This document shows, one piece after another, positions 1-7,982 of a DNA stretch of 24,000 nucleotides. Below the pieces are notes generated by a model. That model worked only from the letters and a program-made list of their open reading frames with translations. It ran no database searches and was not told where the DNA came from. The stretch covers positions 1,054,597 to 1,078,596 of the forward strand of contig CAXXPJ010000003.1 of NCBI GenBank assembly GCA_963674775.2. The letters are read 5' to 3'. Position 1 is the stretch's first letter, and every line of letters starts with the position of its first letter. A program made the translations under genes and the position numbers. The stretch comes from Christensenellaceae bacterium (GTDB lineage: Bacteria > Bacillota > Clostridia > Christensenellales > CAG-138).

Positions 1-1207
1 GGTCTTCCGTGCGCGGGTTATCGCTGGTGATGACCGCCAGCTCGGAGAACCGGCCCGCGATTTCGCCCATGATGGGGCGCTTGGCGCGGTCGCGGTCGCC
101 GCCGCATCCAAAGACGCAGATCACGCGCCCTTTTGCAAACTGCTGTACGGTCTTGAGCACGTTTTCGAGGGCGTCGGGCGTATGCGCATAGTCGACGAAC
201 ACGGAAAAGCCGCGATTCGTCTTCACCGGCTCGAGACGGCCCGATACGCTCGTGAGCGACTCGAGCCCCGCCTTGACGGCGCTGATCTTGATGCCGACTG
301 CAAGCGCCATACCCGCGGCGCCCATCGCGTTGAACACGGAGAACAGGCCGGGGATGGCGAGGTTCATCAGCACTTCGCCTTCGGGCGTATGCAGATCGAA
401 ACACACGCCGTCGGTCGTGATGTCGATATCCGTCGCGGAGATATCCGCGCGGTCGCGTACGCCGAAAGTCAGAATCGGAATCGTCAACCCCTCCATGATG
501 CGCGCGGAATACGGGTCGTCCACGTTTACGACCGCTTTCTTGCTGTTCTGGAAGAGGATTTTCTTCGCAGCAAGATAGTTGTCGAAGGATTTATGATAAT
601 CCAGATGGTCCTGTGTCAGGTTCGTAAACAGGCCTACGTCGAACTTGATGCCGTGCACGCGGAATTGCTCCAGCGCGTGGGAGCTCGTCTCCATCACCAC
701 GAGGTCGACATGCGCGTCCGCCATCATCCGCAGGATGCGAAACAGATCCACGGACTCGGGCGTGGTGCGGTCGGTATGGATGCTCTCGTTGCCAATGAGG
801 TTGCGAATCGTCCCGATGACGCCAACCTTCTTGCCCGCCTGCTCGGCGATCGCCTTGACCATGTAGGTCGTGGTGGTCTTGCCGTTCGTCCCGGTTACGC
901 CCAGCATCATCATTTCGCGCTGGGGATAGCCGTAGAACGCGGCGGCCATCTCGGCCATGGCCTTTCTGGCGTTTTTCACAACGATTTGCGGTATGTCGAT
1001 TTCCAGATGCCGCTCGACCAGCAGCGCAGTCGCTCCGTTTTGAATCGCCGATTCCGCGAACGAGTGCCCGTCGAACAACACGCCGACGATGCAGCAGAAC
1101 ACGCTGCCCTTCTTCACCCGCCGCGAATCATATTCAATGGATACGATATCCGTGTCTTCGCCTTCATAGCGCAGGCCGGATGCCATCGCCAGTTCCGAAA
1201 GCAGCAT
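1..1207 (-). CDS. murE: UDP-N-acetylmuramoyl-L-alanyl-D-glutamate--2,6-diaminopimelate ligase (MurE), N-terminal ~402 codons; the 3' end runs off the window
   Basis: Absent from the ORF track because it is open at the window edge. My translation of the minus strand from ATG (complement of 1205-1207) gives MLLSELAMASGLRYEG...GVTGTNGKTTTTYM (Mur ligase P-loop)...DYAHTPDALENVL...CVFGCGGDRDRAKRP...VITSDNPRTEDP (a DNPR motif, typical of meso-DAP-adding MurE). SD GGGAGG is the complement of 1217-1222. It follows the PBP gene, as in dcw clusters. Confidence 0.92.
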   Translation of the reverse strand, partial: MLLSELAMASGLRYEGEDTDIVSIEYDSRRVKKGSVFCCIVGVLFDGHSFAESAIQNGATALLVERHLEIDIPQIVVKNARKAMAEMAAAFYGYPQREMMMLGVTGTNGKTTTTYMVKAIAEQAGKKVGVIGTIRNLIGNESIHTDRTTPESVDLFRILRMMADAHVDLVVMETSSHALEQFRVHGIKFDVGLFTNLTQDHLDYHKSFDNYLAAKKILFQNSKKAVVNVDDPYSARIMEGLTIPILTFGVRDRADISATDIDITTDGVCFDLHTPEGEVLMNLAIPGLFSVFNAMGAAGMALAVGIKISAVKAGLESLTSVSGRLEPVKTNRGFSVFVDYAHTPDALENVLKTVQQFAKGRVICVFGCGGDRDRAKRPIMGEIAGRFSELAVITSDNPRTED

Positions 1208-1314
1208 GTTCGATAACCTCCCGTTGCGCGGATCCCGCCGCGCAGTTTCGATAATATTTCTATTTCTTTTCAGAATTCTTCGCGTCTTGTTTGCAGGCCT
1301 TCCTGCGGGCGCGT

Positions 1315-3507
1315 TTATCCTTCCGGGTTCGGCGCCGGCGTTTCTTCCGGCTCCGGAGACGGCGTCGGCGACGGGAATGTGACATAGACCGTCGTTCCCG
1401 GGTCGACCAGCGTGCCCTCTTCGATCGACTGCGTATCGATCTGGCCCGTACACTGCGTCTTATCGAAGCTCAACACAAGGCCCAGCTCCACCAACCGGTC
1501 GAACGCATCCTGCCTGCGCCTGCCGATCAGGTTTGGCACGGCAACCCGCTCTTTGTAGAGTCCGTCGTCGTTGAACGTTGTCATCGTCGTGTAGAGAATG
1601 ACGGTCGAACCAGACGGCACGACTTCATCACCCGCGGGAAACTGCGTGAGTACCACGGCGGTGTCCTCGCTCGGCACGGCGAAGGCCTTGAATCCAGCCT
1701 GATTGAGCTGATAAACCGCGTCCTTTGCCGTCATGCCGACGATGTCCGGAACGGTGGACGTCCGCGTGGTCGTATCCGGAAGGATGCCGTAATACCGCAC
1801 GAGTTCGGAGAATATCTGGGAAACCCAGTAACCCGCCGTACTGCTCGCCTCCATATAAGGCACCTGCGGTTCGTCGATGACGACCAGGCAGACGAGCTGC
1901 GGGTCGTTCACCGGAAGAAAACCGATATACGACGCGACTACACGTGTGCGGGAGGGCGTTACCCCGTCCTCCTCAAACTTGCGCGATACGCCGCCGATTC
2001 CGCCGATCGAATAGTCGATCACCTGTGCGTTGTTGCTGTTGCCTTTTTCGGCAACGGATTGCAGCAGGCTGCGCATCGTAGCGGACGAACTGGAACTGAT
2101 GACGCGCCGGAGAATCGTAGGATCGTTTTTCAGGATCACCGTGCCGTCGTTTGCCGTGATGCTGTCTACAACATACGGCTGCATGAGTGTTCCGCCGTTG
2201 ATCACGGCACAGAAGGCGTTTGCCATCTGGATCGCGGTCGTGGTGATGTTTTCGCCAAACGAGATGCGCGCAAGGTCGCTCTCGCGGATGTATTTCCTGT
2301 GGGCGACTTCTCCGGTATCCTCGCTGGGAATGCCGCTGTTCGTCTCCTCGTTGAACCCGAATGCGTAGATATAATCGTAAAACTTATTTACGCCTGTCGC
2401 GAGGGCCATATCGATCATGCCGACATTGCAGGAGTTGTTGAGCACGTCGCTGAGCGTTTCGTTGCCGTGCCCGTCCGTATTCCAGCAGCGCACTTTCTCC
2501 AGGCGGAAAATCCGATACGGCGCGCTGGGCGAACAGCGGTATGTGCTGCTGAGCGTCGCAGCGCCGGAATCGACCGCCGCGGCGGTTGTGATCACGTCAA
2601 ACATCGAGCCCGCCTCGTAGGTATCCGTCACGATGCGCGAGCGGGACATCGCCATAAGTTCGGTAACCATATCGCGCGGCGGTGCGTTCAGGTCGAATGA
2701 AGGATAGGTTGAATTCGCCAGTATTTCACCCGTACGCGGATCCATAATCAGGCCGGAGACCGTGCTCGCGCGGTTGACCTCGTAGCACTTCTGCAGATAC
2801 TTCTCCAGATAGCTCTGCGTCACGGAATCTGCCGTGATGGCCATGTTATACCCTTCCGTCGGCGCAAGGTAATACTCCTCGCCATAGGAAAGCGGGTTGT
2901 TTTTGCGGTCCACTTCGATGACGAGCCGGCCCGGTACACCGGCGAGGTAGGAGTTGTATTCCGCCTCCAGGCCCGTTTGCCCTTCCGTCTCGATGCCGGT
3001 GAATCCGATGAGCTGCGTAAAGAGCTGCCCGAACGGATAGTACCGCTTCATGTCGGTCGTATAGGAGATGCCGGCGCCGAGCTGCAGCGCTTCGAGCTGG
3101 TCGATCACCGAACTCTCCACCTGCCGCTTGAGCTGCACCTGGAGACGCTCGGGATCGGAGATGCGCTCCAGCACATAGTCGTAATTCAAGCCGAGGATGT
3201 CGGACACCTCGGTCGCGATGCGCACGCGGTCGTCCGCCGCGATGGCGGGCGGGTTGGCGAGCACGCGGTACGCCGTGCCGCTCTGCGCGAGCACGAGCCC
3301 GTTGCGGTCAACGATCTTGCCGCGCTGCGCGGCGAGGTTTTGGCGCCTTGTCCACTGTGTTTCCGCCTTCGCCTTGAGTTCCGGTCCTTGTATAATCATG
3401 ACCTGCGAGAGCCGCAGCGCCAGCAGCAGCACCAGCAGACCGGAAAAAACCATCAGTAGAACGAGTTTGCGTTTGATCTTCGGCGCGGGAGTCTTCGTCT
3501 TTGCCAT
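1315..3507 (-). CDS. Class B penicillin-binding protein (FtsI/PBP2B/SpoVD family) with two C-terminal PASTA repeats; catalytic motifs are degenerate (see findings)
   Basis: 730-aa ORF with an N-terminal membrane anchor (LVLLMVFSGLLVLLLALRL), a PBP dimerisation region and a transpeptidase fold (MDPRTGEILA, NNSCNVG). Two PASTA-like repeats: VPDIVGMTAKDAVYQLNQAGF... and VPNLIGRRRQDAFDRLVELGL.... SD AAAGGAAG lies upstream of the ATG at 3507. Position is between ftsL and murE. Confidence 0.9.
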   Translation of the reverse strand: MAKTKTPAPKIKRKLVLLMVFSGLLVLLLALRLSQVMIIQGPELKAKAETQWTRRQNLAAQRGKIVDRNGLVLAQSGTAYRVLANPPAIAADDRVRIATEVSDILGLNYDYVLERISDPERLQVQLKRQVESSVIDQLEALQLGAGISYTTDMKRYYPFGQLFTQLIGFTGIETEGQTGLEAEYNSYLAGVPGRLVIEVDRKNNPLSYGEEYYLAPTEGYNMAITADSVTQSYLEKYLQKCYEVNRASTVSGLIMDPRTGEILANSTYPSFDLNAPPRDMVTELMAMSRSRIVTDTYEAGSMFDVITTAAAVDSGAATLSSTYRCSPSAPYRIFRLEKVRCWNTDGHGNETLSDVLNNSCNVGMIDMALATGVNKFYDYIYAFGFNEETNSGIPSEDTGEVAHRKYIRESDLARISFGENITTTAIQMANAFCAVINGGTLMQPYVVDSITANDGTVILKNDPTILRRVISSSSSATMRSLLQSVAEKGNSNNAQVIDYSIGGIGGVSRKFEEDGVTPSRTRVVASYIGFLPVNDPQLVCLVVIDEPQVPYMEASSTAGYWVSQIFSELVRYYGILPDTTTRTSTVPDIVGMTAKDAVYQLNQAGFKAFAVPSEDTAVVLTQFPAGDEVVPSGSTVILYTTMTTFNDDGLYKERVAVPNLIGRRRQDAFDRLVELGLVLSFDKTQCTGQIDTQSIEEGTLVDPGTTVYVTFPSPTPSPEPEETPAPNPEG

Positions 3508-3530
3508 TGGTCAATCTTCCTTTCGTCGGA

Positions 3531-4094
3531 TTAACCGCCCGCAGGCGGCTCTTCTGTTCCGCCTGTCGGATCCAAATTCGGATCGGGTGTCGTTTCCGGA
3601 GCGGTAGTTTCCGCCGGCGCGCTGTCGGAAAACGGCAGCGCATCGCCGATTCTGACATACTGGCTCTGCTCCGGATAGCGCATACCGTATGCTTCCGCAA
3701 CTCGCTGCGCGTCCTGAATGGTAACCGCGCACTCAATCTGCACGTCCAGCGCGTTGATGCGCAGCTTGGTCTGCTCAATCTCGCTGTTGAGCGCGTTGAT
3801 GTCCGCATACGCGCGCGCAATGCGTTCATAGCCCGCCAGCGTAAAGAGCACCATGCCGGCAAAGATGAACCCGCTGATGATCAGCCCGATGCGGCCGAGT
3901 GACGTCATCTCCGGCTTTTCCACTCGAACACCCGGTTCGTGCGCGCCGCGCGCGCCTGCGCGCCTGCGCGTCTTGCGCTCCGGCGCTGGTGTTTCCTCGC
4001 CGTCTTTTGGCATATGCAGCCGCGTCGTCGGGGTTTTCCCCTTCTTGTGTTCGTCTTCGAAGCGAATATCCAATGCAAAATCCCTTTCGAACAA
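3531..4094 (-). CDS. ftsL: FtsL-like cell division protein (single TM plus coiled coil); start codon uncertain
   Basis: Lies between rsmH and the PBP gene, the canonical ftsL slot. Has a single TM helix (IGLIISGFIFAGMVLFTLAGY) followed by a coiled-coil-like stretch (INALNSEIEQTKLRINALDVQIE) and a Pro/Thr-rich tail. The track start is a TTG at 4094 with a weak SD. Internal ATGs (the M in HMPKDG, the M in EMTSLG) are alternative starts. Confidence 0.65.
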   Translation of the reverse strand: MFERDFALDIRFEDEHKKGKTPTTRLHMPKDGEETPAPERKTRRRAGARGAHEPGVRVEKPEMTSLGRIGLIISGFIFAGMVLFTLAGYERIARAYADINALNSEIEQTKLRINALDVQIECAVTIQDAQRVAEAYGMRYPEQSQYVRIGDALPFSDSAPAETTAPETTPDPNLDPTGGTEEPPAGG

Positions 4095-4158
4095 TCCGTT
4101 TCATCAAGCGAAAATTCCGCTCACCGGCGCGGCTTTGCCGCCCGGCAGGCGACTTCCG

Positions 4159-5100
4159 CTAGATCTTTTCGATGCAACGGAGTTTTGCGCTGGTCGAGCG
4201 GGAGTTGCGCGCTTCCTCCTCGGAGGAGGCGGTCAGCGGTTTTCTTGTGAGCACCTTTGCCTTTGGCTCTTTTCCGCAGATGCAGATCGGCGCGGAAGGC
4301 GGGCAGGTGCAAGGGTTTTCAAATCGCCGAAACGCCTGCTTGACAATGCGATCCTCCAGCGAATGAAATGTAATTATACACAGTCTCCCGCCTTTTTGCA
4401 ACAGATCGCAGGCGTCCTCAACGGCGTGGTCGAGGCCTCTTAATTCGTCGTTCACTTCGATGCGAAGCGCCTGAAATGTGCGGCGCGCGGGGTGTTGCGG
4501 CTCGTTTCGATACTTGCCGGGAATCGCCTCGCGCACGATCTGCGCGAGCTGCAGCGTCGTCTCGATTGGATATTGTTCACGGGTGCGACAAATTCTCTCC
4601 GCAATCCTGCGGCTGAAACGCTCCTCCCCGAACGAAAAGAAGATATTCGCGAGCGCTTCTTGCGTGTATGTGTTCACCACATCCCGCGCGGTCAGCGACG
4701 CGCTCTGGTCCATGCGCATGTCCAGCGGCGCGTCCGATTTATACGAAAACCCGCGCGTCTGCGTGTCCAGCTGATAGGAAGACACGCCAAGATCGAGCAG
4801 AATCCCGTTTACTTCGGTTACACCTATTTCGCTAAGCAGCGCTTTTATTTGAAAAAAGTTGCCGTGCAACGCGGTAAAACGGCTGCCAAAACGGCTGAGC
4901 CGATCCCCCGCCGCGTGCACGGCATCCCAGTCCCTGTCGATTCCAATGAGTCTGCCCGTCTCGGGCAGGCGGTTTAACACCGCCTCGGCATGGCCTCCGC
5001 CGCCGAGTGTTCCGTCTGCAAAAATGCCGCCGCGCTCGGGAGCCAACAGCTCCAGCGTTTCGTCGAGCAGTACCGGAATGTGTTTAAACGGCTCGCTCAT
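4159..5100 (-). CDS. rsmH: 16S rRNA (cytosine1402-N4)-methyltransferase RsmH (MraW)
   Basis: 313 aa. HIPVLLDETLELL, DGTLGGGGHAEAVL (SAM-binding), LLDLGVSSYQLD, ITFHSLEDRIVK. Overlaps the mraZ stop by 4 nt. Confidence 0.96.
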   Translation of the reverse strand: MSEPFKHIPVLLDETLELLAPERGGIFADGTLGGGGHAEAVLNRLPETGRLIGIDRDWDAVHAAGDRLSRFGSRFTALHGNFFQIKALLSEIGVTEVNGILLDLGVSSYQLDTQTRGFSYKSDAPLDMRMDQSASLTARDVVNTYTQEALANIFFSFGEERFSRRIAERICRTREQYPIETTLQLAQIVREAIPGKYRNEPQHPARRTFQALRIEVNDELRGLDHAVEDACDLLQKGGRLCIITFHSLEDRIVKQAFRRFENPCTCPPSAPICICGKEPKAKVLTRKPLTASSEEEARNSRSTSAKLRCIEKI

Positions 5101-5543
5101 ATCCCGAGCGCCGCCAGATGCGCGAGTGCTTCGTCATAGTTTTCGTCGCACTTGGCGCTATAGTCGGACAGCGTCTCCGGATTCCAGATCTCCAGCCGTT
5201 CGCCAACGCCGATCAGCGTCGTGTCCTTCGAGAGTCCGGCCAGTTCCCGCAGCTGCGCGGGAATCAGGATACGGCCTTGCTTGTCGATCTCGCAGGCCGC
5301 CGCCATGGAATAAATCTTTCTCCTGATTGCCTGTCCGCTCGTGTCCGATACCGGAAGCGAAGAGAGCTTTGCGGAAAAGAGCTCCCATTCTTCCATGGAC
5401 ATGCCGCTAAGGCACTTGCTCGCTTGCGTTTCCAACAAGCCCATCGTCAGGATCAGCACATCGCCGAGGGTTTCCCTCCATTTGGCGGGAATGAATACGC
5501 GGCCTTTTGCGTCCAGCATATGTTCGAACGAACCGATCAGCAC
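5097..5543 (-). CDS. mraZ: Transcriptional regulator MraZ
   Basis: 148 aa with two SpoVT/AbrB-like halves (LDAKGRVFIPAKWRE and IDKQGRILIPAQLRE). GTG start at 5543 with SD GGAGGG (complement of 5550-5555). First gene of the dcw cluster. Confidence 0.95.
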   Translation of the reverse strand: MLIGSFEHMLDAKGRVFIPAKWRETLGDVLILTMGLLETQASKCLSGMSMEEWELFSAKLSSLPVSDTSGQAIRRKIYSMAAACEIDKQGRILIPAQLRELAGLSKDTTLIGVGERLEIWNPETLSDYSAKCDENYDEALAHLAALGI

Positions 5544-5611
5544 GCGCTTCCCTCCTTCGGCAATCCGATACGATTATCTGTATAGGAAAGAATCCCTTCG
5601 GATGTACGAAG

Positions 5612-5646
5612 AGTATACACCACTTTTCCCCATTTGTCACCACTTT
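5612..5646 (-). promoter_or_regulatory. mraZ/dcw promoter overlapped by three 10-bp-phased MraZ-box-like direct repeats
   Basis: Minus-strand read: AAAGTGGTGACAAATGGGGAAAAGTGGTGTATACT. The -35-like GTGACA is the complement of 5635-5640, followed by a 17-nt spacer ending in TG. The -10 TATACT is the complement of 5612-5617. Repeats: AAAGTGGTG (5638-5646), AAATGGGG (5628-5635), AAAGTGGTG (5618-5626). Confidence 0.6.
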
Positions 5647-5926
5647 GAGGGTAATTCGGTGCTTTTTTTTTGAATTTTTTGAAAATAAACGTTTGTTTGC
5701 CTGTTGTGCGGGTGTTTCCGCCGGGCGCGCCAGTTCCGTCCCCCCACAAAGTATGGTATACTGTTTCCATCAATGCGCCAGATATGGTGCAAACCTCGAA
5801 AACAGCCGGCAGAACCCGCGAAAATCCGCGGTTTTTCCTTTCTGCCGGGGTTCTTTTCGTTTAGCGGCGGCTTTTTTCCTGTGTGAGCCGCCAGGCAAGC
5901 GTATTTTTCATCGAATGGGAGTCATT

Positions 5927-7882
5927 ATGGCATCGGATTACACAGTAGACAAGATTAAAATCATGGAAGGGCTGGACGCGGTGCGTATGCGCCCCGGCAT
6001 GTATATCGGCTCGACCGGACAGCGCGGGCTCCACCACCTTCTCTGGGAAATCATCGACAACGCGATCGACGAGGCGGCCAACGGTTACGCCAGCGAGATC
6101 GCCGTTTCGCTGCATAAGGACAACTCCGTCACGGTGACCGACAACGGCCGCGGCATCCCCGTTCAGATTCACGAAAAAGCGGGCGTCTCCGGCGTGGAGG
6201 TCGTCTTTACACAGCTGCACGCCGGCGGCAAGTTCGGCAACGATTCCTACGGATATTCCGGCGGCCTGCACGGCGTCGGCGCATCGGTCGTCAACGCGCT
6301 CTCCGAATGGCTGGAGGTCGAGGTTGCAACGGACGGGCGCATGTATCGCATGCGCTTTGTCAGCGAGCCGGACGAGACGGGCAAGATCATCTCCGGCAAG
6401 GCCGTCTCCCCGCTCGAGGAAACCGGCCGCACCAGAAAGCAGGGCACCAGCGTGACCTTCCTGCCGGACGCGCGGGTTTTTGAAACCATCGAGATGAGTT
6501 ACGAAGTCATCGCCAAGCGCATGCGCGAGCTGGCATATCTCAACCGCGGCACGAAGATCATGCTCTCGGACGAGCGCGCCGGGCGCCAGCGCAAGGCGGA
6601 GTATCAATACGGCGGCGGGCTAAGCGACTTTGCGGCATATCTCAACAGCGACAAAACGCCTCTTTACAACACGCCCATCCATTTTGCGGGCTATTCCGGC
6701 GATATCCACGTCGAGGTCGCGCTGCAGCACAACGACGGATACGCGGACAATATCTTTTCCTATGTCAACAACATCCCAACCTCCGAAGGCGGCACGCACG
6801 AAACGGGCCTCAAGGCCGCGCTGACCAAAGCGCTCAACGACTACTGCCGCAAATCGGGTTACCTAAAGGACAAGGACGCACCGCTCAACGGCGAAGACTT
6901 CCGCGAAGGGCTCACCGCCGTGCTTTCGCTCAAGATGCGCACCATCCAGTTTGAGGGTCAGACCAAAACCAAACTCGGCAACACCGAGGCGCGGCCCGCC
7001 GTCGAGAGCGTGGTCATGGAGAAGCTCGTGCCGTATCTGGAGGACCTCAAAAACGGGGAAACCGCCTCTGCGATTGCGGAAAAGGCGGTCAAGGCAGCAA
7101 AGGTGCGCGAAGCGGCGCGAAAAGCCAAGGCCACCGCACGCGAGAAGAACAAACTCGAAAACGCGCCGCTGGTCGGCAAGCTTTCCAGCTGCACCGGGCG
7201 TGACTACAGCCGAAACGAGCTCTTCATCGTGGAGGGCGACAGCGCGGGCGGCTCCGCAAAGCAGGGGCGCGACCGGAAGTTTCAGGCGATTCTGCCGTTG
7301 AGGGGCAAGCCGCTCAACGTCGAAAAGAAGCGCCTCGACCAGGTGCTCCAAAACGAGGAGTTCCGCTCCATCATCACCGCGGTCGGCACCGGCATCGGCG
7401 AGGACTTTGACATCTCGTCGCTCAAATACGACAAGATCATCATCCTATCGGACGCGGATCAGGACGGCGCGCACATCCGCGCAATCCTGCTGACGTTCTT
7501 CTATCGTTATATGAAGGAACTCATCACCGAGGGTCACGTATACATCGGCCTGTCGCCGCTCTACAAGGTGCAGAAGGATACCAAACGCATCTATTGCTAT
7601 GACGACGACGAACTGCGCACCGCAACCAAATCCGTCGGCCGGGGCTACACGATCCAGCGCTACAAGGGCCTCGGTGAGATGAACCCGGATCAACTCTGGG
7701 AGACGACCATGAACCCCGACGGGCGCGCGCTGATCCAGGTGACCATCGAGGACGCGGCAGACGTGGAGCACCTCGTCACCGTGCTCATGGGGGACAAGGT
7801 TCAGTCCCGCAAAGAGTACATCTTTGAAAACGCCAATTTCAACAAAGACACCAGCCAGATGTTTGAAAAGCTAAAAGACTGA
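5927..7882 (+). CDS. parE: Type IIA DNA topoisomerase ATPase subunit, best read as topoisomerase IV subunit B (ParE); GyrB paralog not excluded
   Basis: The track ORF (5507..7882) has an unsupported N-terminal extension. The homologous region starts at MASDYTVDKIKIMEGLDAVRMRPGMYIGS, with ATG at 5927 and SD GGGAG at 5917-5921. GHKL ATPase motifs (EIIDNAIDEA, DNGRGIP, GLHGVGASVVNA). Toprim motifs (ELFIVEGDSAGGSAKQGRDR, ILSDADQDGAHI). Immediately precedes the A subunit. Confidence 0.85.
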   Translation: MASDYTVDKIKIMEGLDAVRMRPGMYIGSTGQRGLHHLLWEIIDNAIDEAANGYASEIAVSLHKDNSVTVTDNGRGIPVQIHEKAGVSGVEVVFTQLHAGGKFGNDSYGYSGGLHGVGASVVNALSEWLEVEVATDGRMYRMRFVSEPDETGKIISGKAVSPLEETGRTRKQGTSVTFLPDARVFETIEMSYEVIAKRMRELAYLNRGTKIMLSDERAGRQRKAEYQYGGGLSDFAAYLNSDKTPLYNTPIHFAGYSGDIHVEVALQHNDGYADNIFSYVNNIPTSEGGTHETGLKAALTKALNDYCRKSGYLKDKDAPLNGEDFREGLTAVLSLKMRTIQFEGQTKTKLGNTEARPAVESVVMEKLVPYLEDLKNGETASAIAEKAVKAAKVREAARKAKATAREKNKLENAPLVGKLSSCTGRDYSRNELFIVEGDSAGGSAKQGRDRKFQAILPLRGKPLNVEKKRLDQVLQNEEFRSIITAVGTGIGEDFDISSLKYDKIIILSDADQDGAHIRAILLTFFYRYMKELITEGHVYIGLSPLYKVQKDTKRIYCYDDDELRTATKSVGRGYTIQRYKGLGEMNPDQLWETTMNPDGRALIQVTIEDAADVEHLVTVLMGDKVQSRKEYIFENANFNKDTSQMFEKLKD

Positions 7883-7951
7883 ATCTTTGCTGTGTGAACT
7901 GCTGATTTTCACACAGACACCAGCCGGATGTTTGAAAAACTGAAAGACTGA
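7820..7951 (+). repeat. Diverged tandem duplication of the last ~63 nt of parE; the second copy is intergenic and contains a 9-bp-stem hairpin
   Basis: Copy 1 (7820-7882): atctttgaaaacgccaatttcaacaaagacaccagccagatgtttgaaaagctaaaagactga. Copy 2 (7883-7951): atctttgctgtgtgaactgctgattttcacacagacaccagccggatgtttgaaaaactgaaagactga. The last 36 nt differ at 3 positions. The hairpin is ctgtgtgaa/ttcacacag within about 7889-7916. Confidence 0.8.
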
Positions 7952-7982
7952 CGTTTCTGCGACTTTATATAAGGAAAAGATT

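Noticed and set aside
182-1216. 344-aa plus-strand ORF (and 252..578, 645..866) covering the left end of the window
   Set aside because: It is an antisense shadow of the real minus-strand murE gene, which gives an unmistakable Mur ligase translation. The plus-frame product is Arg/His/Ala-rich, low-complexity sequence typical of high-GC reverse frames.
1291-2700. 469-aa plus-strand ORF, plus the other plus-strand ORFs at 2030-3607
   Set aside because: These are shadow ORFs antisense to the PBP gene. They have Arg-rich nonsense composition, no SD and no family resemblance.
5507-5926. 140-codon N-terminal extension of the topoisomerase B-subunit ORF, as given in the track (start 5507)
   Set aside because: The extension overlaps mraZ and its promoter and has no homology to GyrB/ParE N-termini. 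The conserved N-terminus (MASDYTVDKI...LEAVRMRPGMYIG) begins at ATG 5927, which has its own SD.
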